Below, piece by piece: positions 54,386 to 64,000 of a stretch of 64,000 nt of DNA (position 1 is the first letter of the stretch; each line of letters opens with the position of its first letter). Under the pieces are notes generated by a model, which saw only the letters and a program-made list of their open reading frames with translations, searched no databases and was not told the DNA's origin. The stretch covers positions 124,001 to 188,000 of the forward strand of contig JAQGDQ010000212.1 of NCBI GenBank assembly GCA_030141605.1, read 5' to 3'. Source of the stretch: Tubiluchus corallicola. Lineage: Eukaryota > Animalia > Priapulida. Both the position numbers and the translations under genes were made by a program.

Positions 54386-55249
54386 ACTACAAGAATCCAT
54401 GCTGATGCTACCGCAACTACCACTACTACGCGCTTGAATCATTGCAGAGAGCAGGATGCCCAGCCATATAAGCAGGCGAACATTTAAGACAAAATACTTT
54501 AATTTAGATGAAAAATTAAAGTCAGTGGTTTGTTAGCACCACTACCGTTTCAGTGTCACGTGATTATCACAAAGAGCGAAAATTCTCGCAGCCCGCAAAA
54601 ATGTCGGCTAACTTGACTCCGAACACTGAACGGCTGACGCGACTAAAGCTGGGTTTCTTATCGGCTAGGTCGACTGTAGAAATAAACCGACTGGCGCTTA
54701 GCTGAAACGGCGCCGCTCTGGGCTCTACATATGAAGAGATGTATAGATAACGATAATTAAGTTGCAAGCTAATATAATAAAATAGCAACTATCACATTAG
54801 TGTAAATATTGAGACATAATTATTACAATTGTTGAAATAGGCAGTGATGACGTAGCAATTTAAACGTGACAACATTTTACTACTATTGTTGACAGATATC
54901 ACTGCTGACATTCTAAAGATACAAAATTGTACACTTAGTATTATGAACAAAAATAATGATAATAAACATGTACAAATATAATAATAATAATAAACTAAAC
55001 TAAAAATATAAGGTATGTGTTATTTAATTTAGGTTTCTTTTGGCTAAGCACTCCCAAAGGAAATTTACAAACGAAAGCTGTGTCATTAGTTCTTCTCAGA
55101 AATATTAATTTGTTTTCGTTTGACATAATTTAGTCATCTAGCATTCAAGCTTGAATTATAGCATTAATATAATAATAACAACTAATCCATCATATGTACC
55201 GGACCAATGTTTTTTATATATAGACTATATATATATATTGTAAGCACTC

Positions 55250-55923
55250 TAGCCTTTAAGCTACCAAGGTGGGGTAAAAAATTACCCTAGCTGTGTTTGT
55301 TCGCGTTTTGTATATTGATGCATACGACGACAAATTATTAAACTAGTACTGATTAAATATTTTTCAATTTGTTATGCAACCATAACTCGCTTTTGTTGAA
55401 AACTATTATTCATGTTTTTTTACGAAGCAAGAGTGCCGGATACTACCTAACTTGGAGTAACTTATCACCCCTCTTGGTCTTTTATGTAGGCAAAATTTTG
55501 GAGTTTACATAGCAGTATTTCTCTTTCTGGCAACGCCAAATGTTTACCTTGACACTGAAAAGTGCTGCAAAATTTCAATTGTGCAAAGTGACTTTTCTAA
55601 CAATCTTCCAAGGAAAGACGAAATGGATGTCTCAGAATTAAACAGTGAACATCATTAGTCTATAATACGACACAGACTTGATAAACCACGCAAAAACAGT
55701 AGAGCATAAGCAATATACTGTAGTGGTGGAATGCTTCCTTCATCCTTCCTACCCCATATATCTTCAACAAGTTGACCGAGAATTTGGCTTTGCACTACCG
55801 TGGGTACCTCTTTGGTCATTCTGTCCAGTTAAAAACACATAATAAGCAAAGTTTGTAGCGTAATTTGTTACCCCGCTTGGTCTTTATTGTGGTATAAAAA
55901 CCCCCTTGGTCGGCTAAGGGTTA
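55250..55923. mobile_element. Degenerate piggyBac-like TIR element
   Basis: cctttaagctaccaaggtgggg / ccccttggtcggctaagggtta, with internal repeated acccc.cttggtcttt motifs. Confidence 0.5.
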
Positions 55924-58782
55924 CGGGAAAGTTTATCGTGGCTGTCAGCGCCTGAAATGTTTTTGTAGAACTGAAGGTGCCAGGGAATGATTTACTCAAA
56001 TAATGAAATTACTGATAAGACTTACTATTTAGAAAAGCCTACGCCTTGTTTGTCACGTACAGAGGTAAGCTGTTTGTACATGTTGAGGCGTACTTATCAG
56101 TGTTATTAGCAGTTCATGTGATGAGATCTAAGTACACGAATGAGAGCTAGCTGGTTTTCCAAGAAGTGGTTAGTAACTAATAATAGGCACATGTTAATGT
56201 TATGAACAATCACAGTTTGTAACTCTGAGTGTTTGGTCTAAGTTTCTTAGCTCGTGTGATTATACTTTTGTATACGTTTTATAAATAATCCACTAAACAA
56301 GAAATTTTGTAAAAAAAATCTTTAAGAAAATCAAACTCTGCACTGCACACTAGTAGCCATGTTCATTTAATAACAATGATGATAGCGGCTAGTTTGTAGT
56401 GCAGACGTTGGTTTTGTTGATAAAAATGTTACAAAGCTTGTTATATGATGGGTTATTTATAAAATGATGCTGTTCTTGTTATAAAGAATTTCAAAACTGT
56501 ACCGTTGTACACTTTTAAAGCATCTATGTATGGAAATACTTTACTAACATCAGTCCACAAGGTAAGCGGTAATTATAGTACATTGAATATATTGAAAAGT
56601 GATTAGCAGTCAAAGTACACTTGGTTTAAAGCGTTAAATATTTCTAGTCACTATTACGCATGCAATGCATGAGTTTCTTGACGAGCTTCGCTGTATGTCA
56701 CAATCTATTATAGTTCGATCTATGATTCATTTCAATTCAAATTTTTATTTCAATAACTAAGACCATATAAAATACAAATATCCAATGAAATAAAATAAAT
56801 ACAAAATTACAAGAGTAAATATATATATATATATATACATCAAAAGGTAAATAAATTTGAGTTGCTAATTATGCAATAATTGTTCCATTTCACAAAAAAG
56901 CAAGATTTGATAAGTCTATTTTAGTTAACAGTAGCAGTTATAACACTATTGCCACAGTACAGTAGTGACCTATTTCGAACTTCTATATGATCTTCTTCGA
57001 ATACGTCTAAAACGTGGTAAAGATAAGTTTACGCACATACCAGAAGCACTGCCATCGTAATTTCAGCATACAGTTTTCTGATACCATTGTTGTATGCAAT
57101 ACGCAGTCTATTTATCATCCATTACTATAATTAATCCATAAAGACATACAGTAAACGTCGCAGCAGTAACACTTAAACAGCATGATTTTACCATCATCTG
57201 AACACATAGTAAATGCCATATAGTCAATTTGTACAGCGACTGTATAGAAATTTTCAGTCGTGGTGGCAGCTGCCACACCCTTGGAAATTATGACGTAACT
57301 GGTGAAAATCACAACTTTTCGTAAACGCCTAATGCTCATGCAAAGATATCACAAAATTAATTACCCAATTTTTTGTAAAAACTTCCAAACTTCCAATCGT
57401 CCTATGAAATAAGCAAAGTACTCATATTGTCTTTAGAAATCTGTTGTTCTTCTAAGAAACTCTCATTTTGGTTCCTAAAGGATGACACGGCGATGTAGTT
57501 TGACTGACTGACTGCTGCTTTTCGTATTTTTATCCCGGTCTATCCTAGTCGTAGCAAGGCTACTAAAAAGGTTTTTCCTGAATGTGTGTAATTCTTAAAG
57601 GTAAAGACAAGCCTGCTGGGAAGTAAGGCTTATTTTAATGTTTTGCAAAAATACAATAAACACTGTAATGTAATAGGCATTTACTAATAAACATGTGATG
57701 AGCAATCCGTGTAATTAGTACAATCGGTTTAAAGTCGCGTTTTTATTTCACACTTGAATGCTCCCGATTTGTCCAATCTTCCACCAATGACGTCGTCCAT
57801 CAGCAGAACAAAAGCAGCACAATGTCAATTTCCGTCAAAACTTTTTTACAAAAAATTGCGTAACTAATTTTGTGTTATTTTTTCATGAACAATAGGTGCT
57901 TATGAAAAGTCATAATGTTTTTTCTGGCATTCCAACTCAGATTATAGAGTAGCTTTGTCGGGTGTACACTTGCGTGATCGTACACACTATTTTATTGGTA
58001 CATTTTTGGTACATTCTACTTTGAAGAATCATAAAATAGCTTTAATTATGCCGACTTGTGGACGATTTTGCCGTGCAAGCACACATGTTCGTATGGCAAA
58101 ACGAGCCTGAAGTTATTGTTGTTATCATCAACAGCCATTGTGCTGGTTGCATTGTAGAAAACAAATGTATAGAACCTCATTCTTATAACAGATGTTGACA
58201 TGTGATGCACATTTACATGTTGTTAATGAACTACTGTTGTTCGTACCTTGCAATGGCTCGAATTTGGTCATTGTTATCATACGCATTCATTACCTAAAAC
58301 AAAATGATTCTTGACTAGCAAAATGCAGGTGTGAAAGGTAATAATGGGATGACACATTTACATTATGTTGTAATAAAGCTTGCCAAATAAATAAATTAAT
58401 TAAAAAGACAAACTACGTAGTATCAGAATGGGCCAGCGATTCTGCTGCTTGAGAATTTACATGTAACTCCTACAAGAACGCACCACTCAAAATTGAACTT
58501 ATAAGACATTTGACTTTTCTGCTACTGTTACTGTATGAACACAGACATAACTAAATGATAACAAATTTGGCACCAATGTATTCACGTGAATCTTGATTAT
58601 TCAGTCATGCTATTCGTTTAAGTACTTACAAGAGATTTGATTGGATAAAATTGAGAAATATACACTCTTTTTATGCATTCCAACTTTGCCTACTGAATAG
58701 CTTTGTCTAGTGTACACTTGCGTGATCGCACATACTATTTTATCCATTGCGTGCTTGCTATAGAACCGTCTGCTGCACATGG

Positions 58783-59031
58783 TTCCAGGAAAAACTAACC
58801 GATCACCCAGGACGAAATTAAGGTCGTTTCATCTTTTAAAAGGAATTTCTCCTTAAAAATAGAGTAGACTTTAGACTAAAGGGTATCAGAGTGTTGTGAC
58901 TGGATAGTTAAAATTTTCTGTATTAGCCAGTTTCACACAAGTGATGCTGAACGTTGTTATAGTGCATACAGTGAAGTTACTGAAAGCTCTTCTCAATTTT
59001 TTGTCAAATATTTATTTTTAATTTGTTTAAG
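58783..59031 (+). promoter_or_regulatory. Putative promoter and 5' non-coding exon of the cGLR gene
   Basis: GAS TTCCAGGAA at 58783-791, kB-like GGAATTTCTCC at 58842-852, donor aag|gtaagc at 59032, and candidate acceptors at 59729 and 59748. Confidence 0.4.
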
Positions 59032-59817
59032 GTAAGCAAATGCATTTTATGTATAGCTTCGTATGGAAATCTATTGTGTGAGGAGTAGAAACCTATAAAA
59101 GAGCAAACTAGTTACAACAATTTTAGTTTCCTGGCTTAGTGTTCGTATTTTCTTTTCTATGGTAGCCTGAAGGGCCACTGATTTTGCTTAGATATTTTTC
59201 GTAAAGATAACTGCAGACTCCATAGACGAACTAAATATGCACTCCCTGGACACATGCTTCCCTAAATGCGTCTTTTCTGTCTTCATACCACAAATGGTGA
59301 GGTGGAGTAACATGATTTCACGGTAAACGTACCTGAAAATTAAACAAATGCTTAAGACAAATGTATTAGGGAAGGCGTAGGTGAAGATGATGAAGCTGTC
59401 TGTGTGGAAATCTGGTAATGAAACTTTTGATACATTTAATTATTATATGACTAATAGATATTGACATTGTAATAGCAAGCCATAATTTACTGTACAATGA
59501 GGTTGACACTAGATCGTAACCAACTATACCAATACATTAAAATGGCCTCAACATTATTATACATATAATATAATACGGTGTCAAGCTCTACGAAAATGAG
59601 TTTTTGCGAAAATGTGGTGAATTCTGGTAAGTTTTTTAAAATTATTTTTTCTGTTACTCATTGCGTAACCCGCATAACTTTTGTATAATTGCGAACTTGA
59701 CTAATAAAGATGTTTGTACTTGCTTATAGTCCCTGAGGTAGCCCATAGCTAATCGAAAAATGTGTAGGACGAAAATCAAGATGTCTGATAGATATTGAAT
59801 TGCAGGATTTCAAAGAC

Positions 59818-61839
59818 ATGGATATTCCTGATATTGACAAATGTGATTTCAGTGGTTTCACCAAACTTCACAGAGCAATTATGGATAACAACATGGGTGA
59901 GGTGCGGCAACTGTTAACAGATGGAGCCGATGTAAACGTCAGGAGCAAGTTTGGTTGGACTGCATTGATTTTTGCTGTTAGCCGAGGACACGATTACATT
60001 ACAAGTTTGTTACTGAAAGCAGGTGCTGATCCTGATATAGCAAAACCAAATGGCTCAACACCACTAATGTGCGCTGTCAGAAAATCAAAGGAAAATGGAG
60101 CCAAAGGACTTACTTTAGCTAACTTGTTGCTACAAGCAGGAGCAAATCCAAATACGGACAATAGAAATGGTTGGACTGCTCTCCACCTGGCGGCTGATGA
60201 AGAAATTACGTTGGAATCAGGTTTGCTGCCTTTGCTTGTGAAACATGGTGTTGATATTGAAAAACCAGACTCTGAAGGCAAAACTGCAATACAGAAGTAC
60301 GTGAATATAGCATCAAATAAAACTCCCAACACCCGCTTCAGGGAAACCATTGGTTACTTGCTGAAATCTCAGTATGTAACCACCCAGAGAAAGGTAGAGT
60401 GGGAAACGTTGAATAACATCAGAGCAGTAAAAACCATTGAAGACTGTATTGCAGGCTGTGAGTCTGTTAAAGATGTACTTAACATCTATGGAAAAGATAT
60501 TTCTGCACCAACGAGTGAAGATAACTTGATAAAGTGGAAAGCAGAAGCTCTTGTTTCAGATGTGTGCAGCATATTAAAAGAAATGGATCATAGACTTGAG
60601 TCTTTTTGTCATTTTGTAGGCAGCAGCGCCTGTGGAATAAAAGCTGGCCTACCAGACGACTTTGACATTTTCATAGTACTGAAAAGCTTAAGTAAGGACG
60701 TTGTTGTTGAAGCACTAGAAGAAACCGGCTTTGCAAAAATTTCAATAGATGAGAAGACAGCGAAAAAGTTTTCCGAGTTTGTTAGAGATGATAAATTGAC
60801 TTTTATTGACTGGTCAAACAATAAGGGTTACATTGTGTCCATTATCTGCCAGGCAGTTAATAAGATATTTAGGCAAGATTCTGAAATAACAGCATCATTC
60901 CAAGTTGTTGACATTGAGTGGAACAGTAGAGGAGTCACTATACGTCTTGTCTATCATGGAGACTACTATGCTTGTCTACCTGTTGCATTGGACGTTTCTC
61001 CAGTTTTAGAATTACCAGCACTCTCCATTGGAAAAATGCTGTTACGCGAAATAGATACATCAACTCCATTTCATCTAGTTTTTAGACCCTGTCATGAAAT
61101 AACCAAAAATTACTGGATGGTGTCAATGGCGCTGCACGAGAATCAATTGGTAGAGCGTCTAAATGAAGACAAGAAGCGATGTATAATCCTGACAAAAACC
61201 TTTCTGAACGATCATTTATACTGCCAAGAGGTAAAGTGCCTTGCCAGACTAAAACAGATTCTGCACAATAGAGATTTTGTAAACGTTTTTTGCTCAGTTA
61301 AATTTCATCCCAAGCGCCTTATTGACTCCTACATTCTTAAAACTGCTTTTTTCCACGAAATTAGTCGTCTCCCAGATGACGGGTATTGGAAAGGGGAAGA
61401 AGTGGTTAATCGCATCTTGAGTGTGCTGACTTACGTTGCAAAGTGTTGTCGCAGAAGGTACATGCCTCACTACTTTCTCAAAGATGTAAATGTCCTTAGA
61501 GTCCATTTCAACAGAAAGACAGAAGGCGTGCCGGTTCTGTACTTGATGGCTGTGTGCACCGAAGGAATTTGCGCTCACATCAGGAACAGCACTGTGCCCA
61601 CAAATTTGGGGGTGCTCGGCCTGGATGACTTAAAGAAAGTGGAGTTGTCAGAGTTGGGTGGGTTAAGTAACAGGTGTGAGGAGTTCTTGTCTACATGGTG
61701 TGCACATGAACAGGTACTGTGGCATTTTTTTTTCACACAAACAAAAATTAAAGAAAATATTACAATTCAGGTAGAATTTGCAGCAAACACATGTAAGGAA
61801 ATATTACTAAGTCTTGATTTTATGTGTAAATTCAAATAA
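59818..61839 (+). CDS. Ankyrin repeat + Mab-21/cGAS-like nucleotidyltransferase (cGLR), ~673 aa from the first ATG (frame open from 59749)
   Basis: Four full ankyrin repeats plus a partial one (GFTKLHRA, GWTALIFA, GSTPLMCA, GWTALHLA, GKTA). NTase motif VGSSACGIKAGLPDDFDIFIVL with third Asp in VALDVSPVL. Mab-21 helical motifs KRCIILTK, IDSYILKTAFFHE, W, and MPHYFLKDVNVL. Confidence 0.92.
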   Translation: MDIPDIDKCDFSGFTKLHRAIMDNNMGEVRQLLTDGADVNVRSKFGWTALIFAVSRGHDYITSLLLKAGADPDIAKPNGSTPLMCAVRKSKENGAKGLTLANLLLQAGANPNTDNRNGWTALHLAADEEITLESGLLPLLVKHGVDIEKPDSEGKTAIQKYVNIASNKTPNTRFRETIGYLLKSQYVTTQRKVEWETLNNIRAVKTIEDCIAGCESVKDVLNIYGKDISAPTSEDNLIKWKAEALVSDVCSILKEMDHRLESFCHFVGSSACGIKAGLPDDFDIFIVLKSLSKDVVVEALEETGFAKISIDEKTAKKFSEFVRDDKLTFIDWSNNKGYIVSIICQAVNKIFRQDSEITASFQVVDIEWNSRGVTIRLVYHGDYYACLPVALDVSPVLELPALSIGKMLLREIDTSTPFHLVFRPCHEITKNYWMVSMALHENQLVERLNEDKKRCIILTKTFLNDHLYCQEVKCLARLKQILHNRDFVNVFCSVKFHPKRLIDSYILKTAFFHEISRLPDDGYWKGEEVVNRILSVLTYVAKCCRRRYMPHYFLKDVNVLRVHFNRKTEGVPVLYLMAVCTEGICAHIRNSTVPTNLGVLGLDDLKKVELSELGGLSNRCEEFLSTWCAHEQVLWHFFFTQTKIKENITIQVEFAANTCKEILLSLDFMCKFK

Positions 61840-61902
61840 AGCATCTATATTTCTGTCTTTGGTCATTCATCTTCCCTGGCCATATGTTGTTTCAAACCTG
61901 AC

Positions 61903-62212
61903 GTCATATTGTCTCACTTCTTTGTCTTCTATTTAAAGTTCACGAATGGCATCATATTGTCTCACTTCTTTGTATTTTATTTAAAGTTCAAATATGGCAT
62001 CATATTGTCTCACTTTCTTGTCTTCTATTTAAAGTTCAAATGCAGCATCATATTGTCACACTTCTTTGTATTTTATTTAAAGTTGAAACATGGCATCATA
62101 TTGTCTCACTTCTTTGTATTTTATTTAAAGTTCAAATATGGCATCATATTGTCTCACTTCTTTGTAATTTATTTAAAGCTCAAGTATGGCATCATATTGT
62201 TTCACTTCTTTA
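61903..62212. repeat. 45-bp minisatellite just 3' of the cGLR stop
   Basis: About 7 units of ggcatcatattgtctcacttctttgtattttatttaaagttcaaatat-like sequence. Confidence 0.9.
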
Positions 62213-63619
62213 TCGTTGTCTAGCACATTTTCAGCAATTTTTCAAATTTAAATTTCAGCAATATTTATTGCTAATACTGGAATCCAGTCTAAAGATGCGC
62301 CAAGAGGAAAAGGTTGAAGCTTTGCTAAGAAAGCTGTGGGAGTTATATTCAAAGGCAAACGCACTCCAATTTGACATCAATTGCTTGCTTCAGGTACGAA
62401 TTTTAACAAATTTAATTTTTGTGTTTGGCAGTTTAATTTGCTGGCCATTATGTGGGATTCTAAGAATCTCTTTACTGCAAGGAGAGAAAATAGCCTAACC
62501 TTAACACTGTACCCAGTCTTTGTGTGCAGAAATGCTTGTTACCAGTATAAAATAAATGCTAAGGTCTACAAACTTACAATATTAGCCATTTTATTTGAGA
62601 ATTGCAGATATCTAATGAGCACAGATACAGTTGACAAACAAATCATGTTGTCATTTAGCCCACAATGTTTAGTATTTCGAATGATATCATGATGTTTTGT
62701 TTAAAGGGACGAAAAGTGCTCTTTAAGGTATGTCCCCTATGACCTATAAAGGTAGGGGTCATGGCAGGTTTGGTACTACGGAAGGGGGTCACCTACTGGA
62801 AAAGTTTGGGAAATACTGATTTAGAGCAATTATTCAAAGTTTACAGAAATAATTTTTATAACTACGCTTGAAGAATATTTGTTTTTCCATTTTAGACAAT
62901 GGACACATTTTGCCACAATCAGCAAATTCAGCTAATAGCAAGGTACTAACCATAATTATGATCTATTAAATTATTTTGTATAGTGCATGTCTACCTTGGT
63001 GATGAGTAAATGAGTTTGTACGTAATCAGAACATCACATTAGTTTATTTCTCCGTTAAATTTCAAGGAACTATCCTGTTCTCCCACCATGTTAAGGAACG
63101 ACAGTGTGGTTTCTTCCCAAACCGTAAACAATCTTGGAGTAGCTTTAACCGTTGACACTTTTTTTTCTTATAGCAAACCATTTAGCAAACTTGGTAGGTT
63201 GACATTATTGGGAATGTGGAAAATTGGAAAAATCAGTCAGTAAATAGTTTATTGAGGAACAACACAAAACAATATACAATACAATGTAGATAAAAAATCA
63301 CACATCACACAAAGCATGCCAACACTTTAGTATGATCGTCACAAGTATTGAAATAGCAAAAGAAACAGTAGAGGTTAAATAGTAAATAGTATTCACACAT
63401 TTACAAAAGCAATATAATTATAATAATGTGCTTTTGCTATCAATTGATTATGATTTTCTTCTTTTAAAACATTCTGTAATATAATTTGAAATTTTCAAAT
63501 TCACTTTCATTTCTATTCATCAGAAATATAAATTTTGCTTTTACCGTAAGATTTATAAAGTTTGGGAAAGTCTCTTTGACACGAGATAGCAGGCTTTGTC
63601 TGAAATCATAATAATAGTT

Positions 63620-63900
63620 ACATTCAAGAATTGAATGATATTCGTCATCTTGATATATTTAGACATATTCTCAACCTCCGAACAACTGAAAAAATCGTAA
63701 ATGCTTTCGTAACATCCAAACTTGATTACTGCAATAGTTGCCTTTTTAGACTTGAAAACGAAAATCGTAAAAACCAACTAGTTCAGAATTCTGCTACTCG
63801 TCTCATTACCGAGACTAGCAAATATAATAATTTCTTCACCCCGTCCTTCTTGGCCCACCCATCTCTCACGGCCTTGCCAGTAACTAAGAGAAGCCATGTT
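63620..63900 (+). mobile_element. L2-clade LINE ORF2 fragment
   Basis: RHIL...TTEKIVNAFVTSKLDYCNSCL...QLVQNSATRLIT is a typical L2 post-RT motif. An additional VNNLGV remnant lies near 63125. Confidence 0.85.
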
Positions 63901-64000
63901 TTATTTGTACTTAATTTACACTGATAACATATAATTAATTATGGACAACTGATGACAATAATTAGTACGTCATTGTTTCAGTGAGATACTGAAGTTATTT

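Noticed and set aside
54600-54750. CpG-rich short ORF (MSANLTPNTERLTRLKLGFLS...) as a possible death-domain-like exon
   Set aside because: In-frame stop after 34 codons, and the similarity is too weak to support.

Overview
AT-rich, intron- and repeat-rich animal genomic DNA, probably from a marine invertebrate (taxon cannot be fixed from the sequence). Four protein-coding loci are supported. (1) The 3' exons of a divergent pentraxin/LamG-like gene (+, ~0.3-7.1 kb). (2) A Dlish (SH3 adaptor) orthologue (-, ATG 46699, ~17-kb first intron, large exon 29601-28547). (3) A two-exon LRAT/NlpC-P60 (H-box/NC) enzyme resembling plant LEAD-SENSITIVE-1 (+, 50628-52452). (4) An ankyrin-repeat + Mab-21/cGAS-like nucleotidyltransferase (cGLR; +, ~59.8-61.84 kb) with an uninterrupted ORF. 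The last two genes are adjacent and co-oriented, and both have STAT/NF-kB-type motifs upstream (plus an IRF element for the LRAT gene). This suggests a possible innate-immune 'second-messenger synthase + phospholipase' gene pair. Non-coding highlights are a complete HDV-like ribozyme fold (17567-17745) behind a 74-bp hairpin array, a 5S rRNA-headed SINE with a TSD, two solo LTRs with 5-bp TSDs, many MITEs (hAT, Tc2/pogo, piggyBac, Harbinger, Kolobok-like), LINE fragments and micro/minisatellites. Most short ORFs in the supplied track are spurious.
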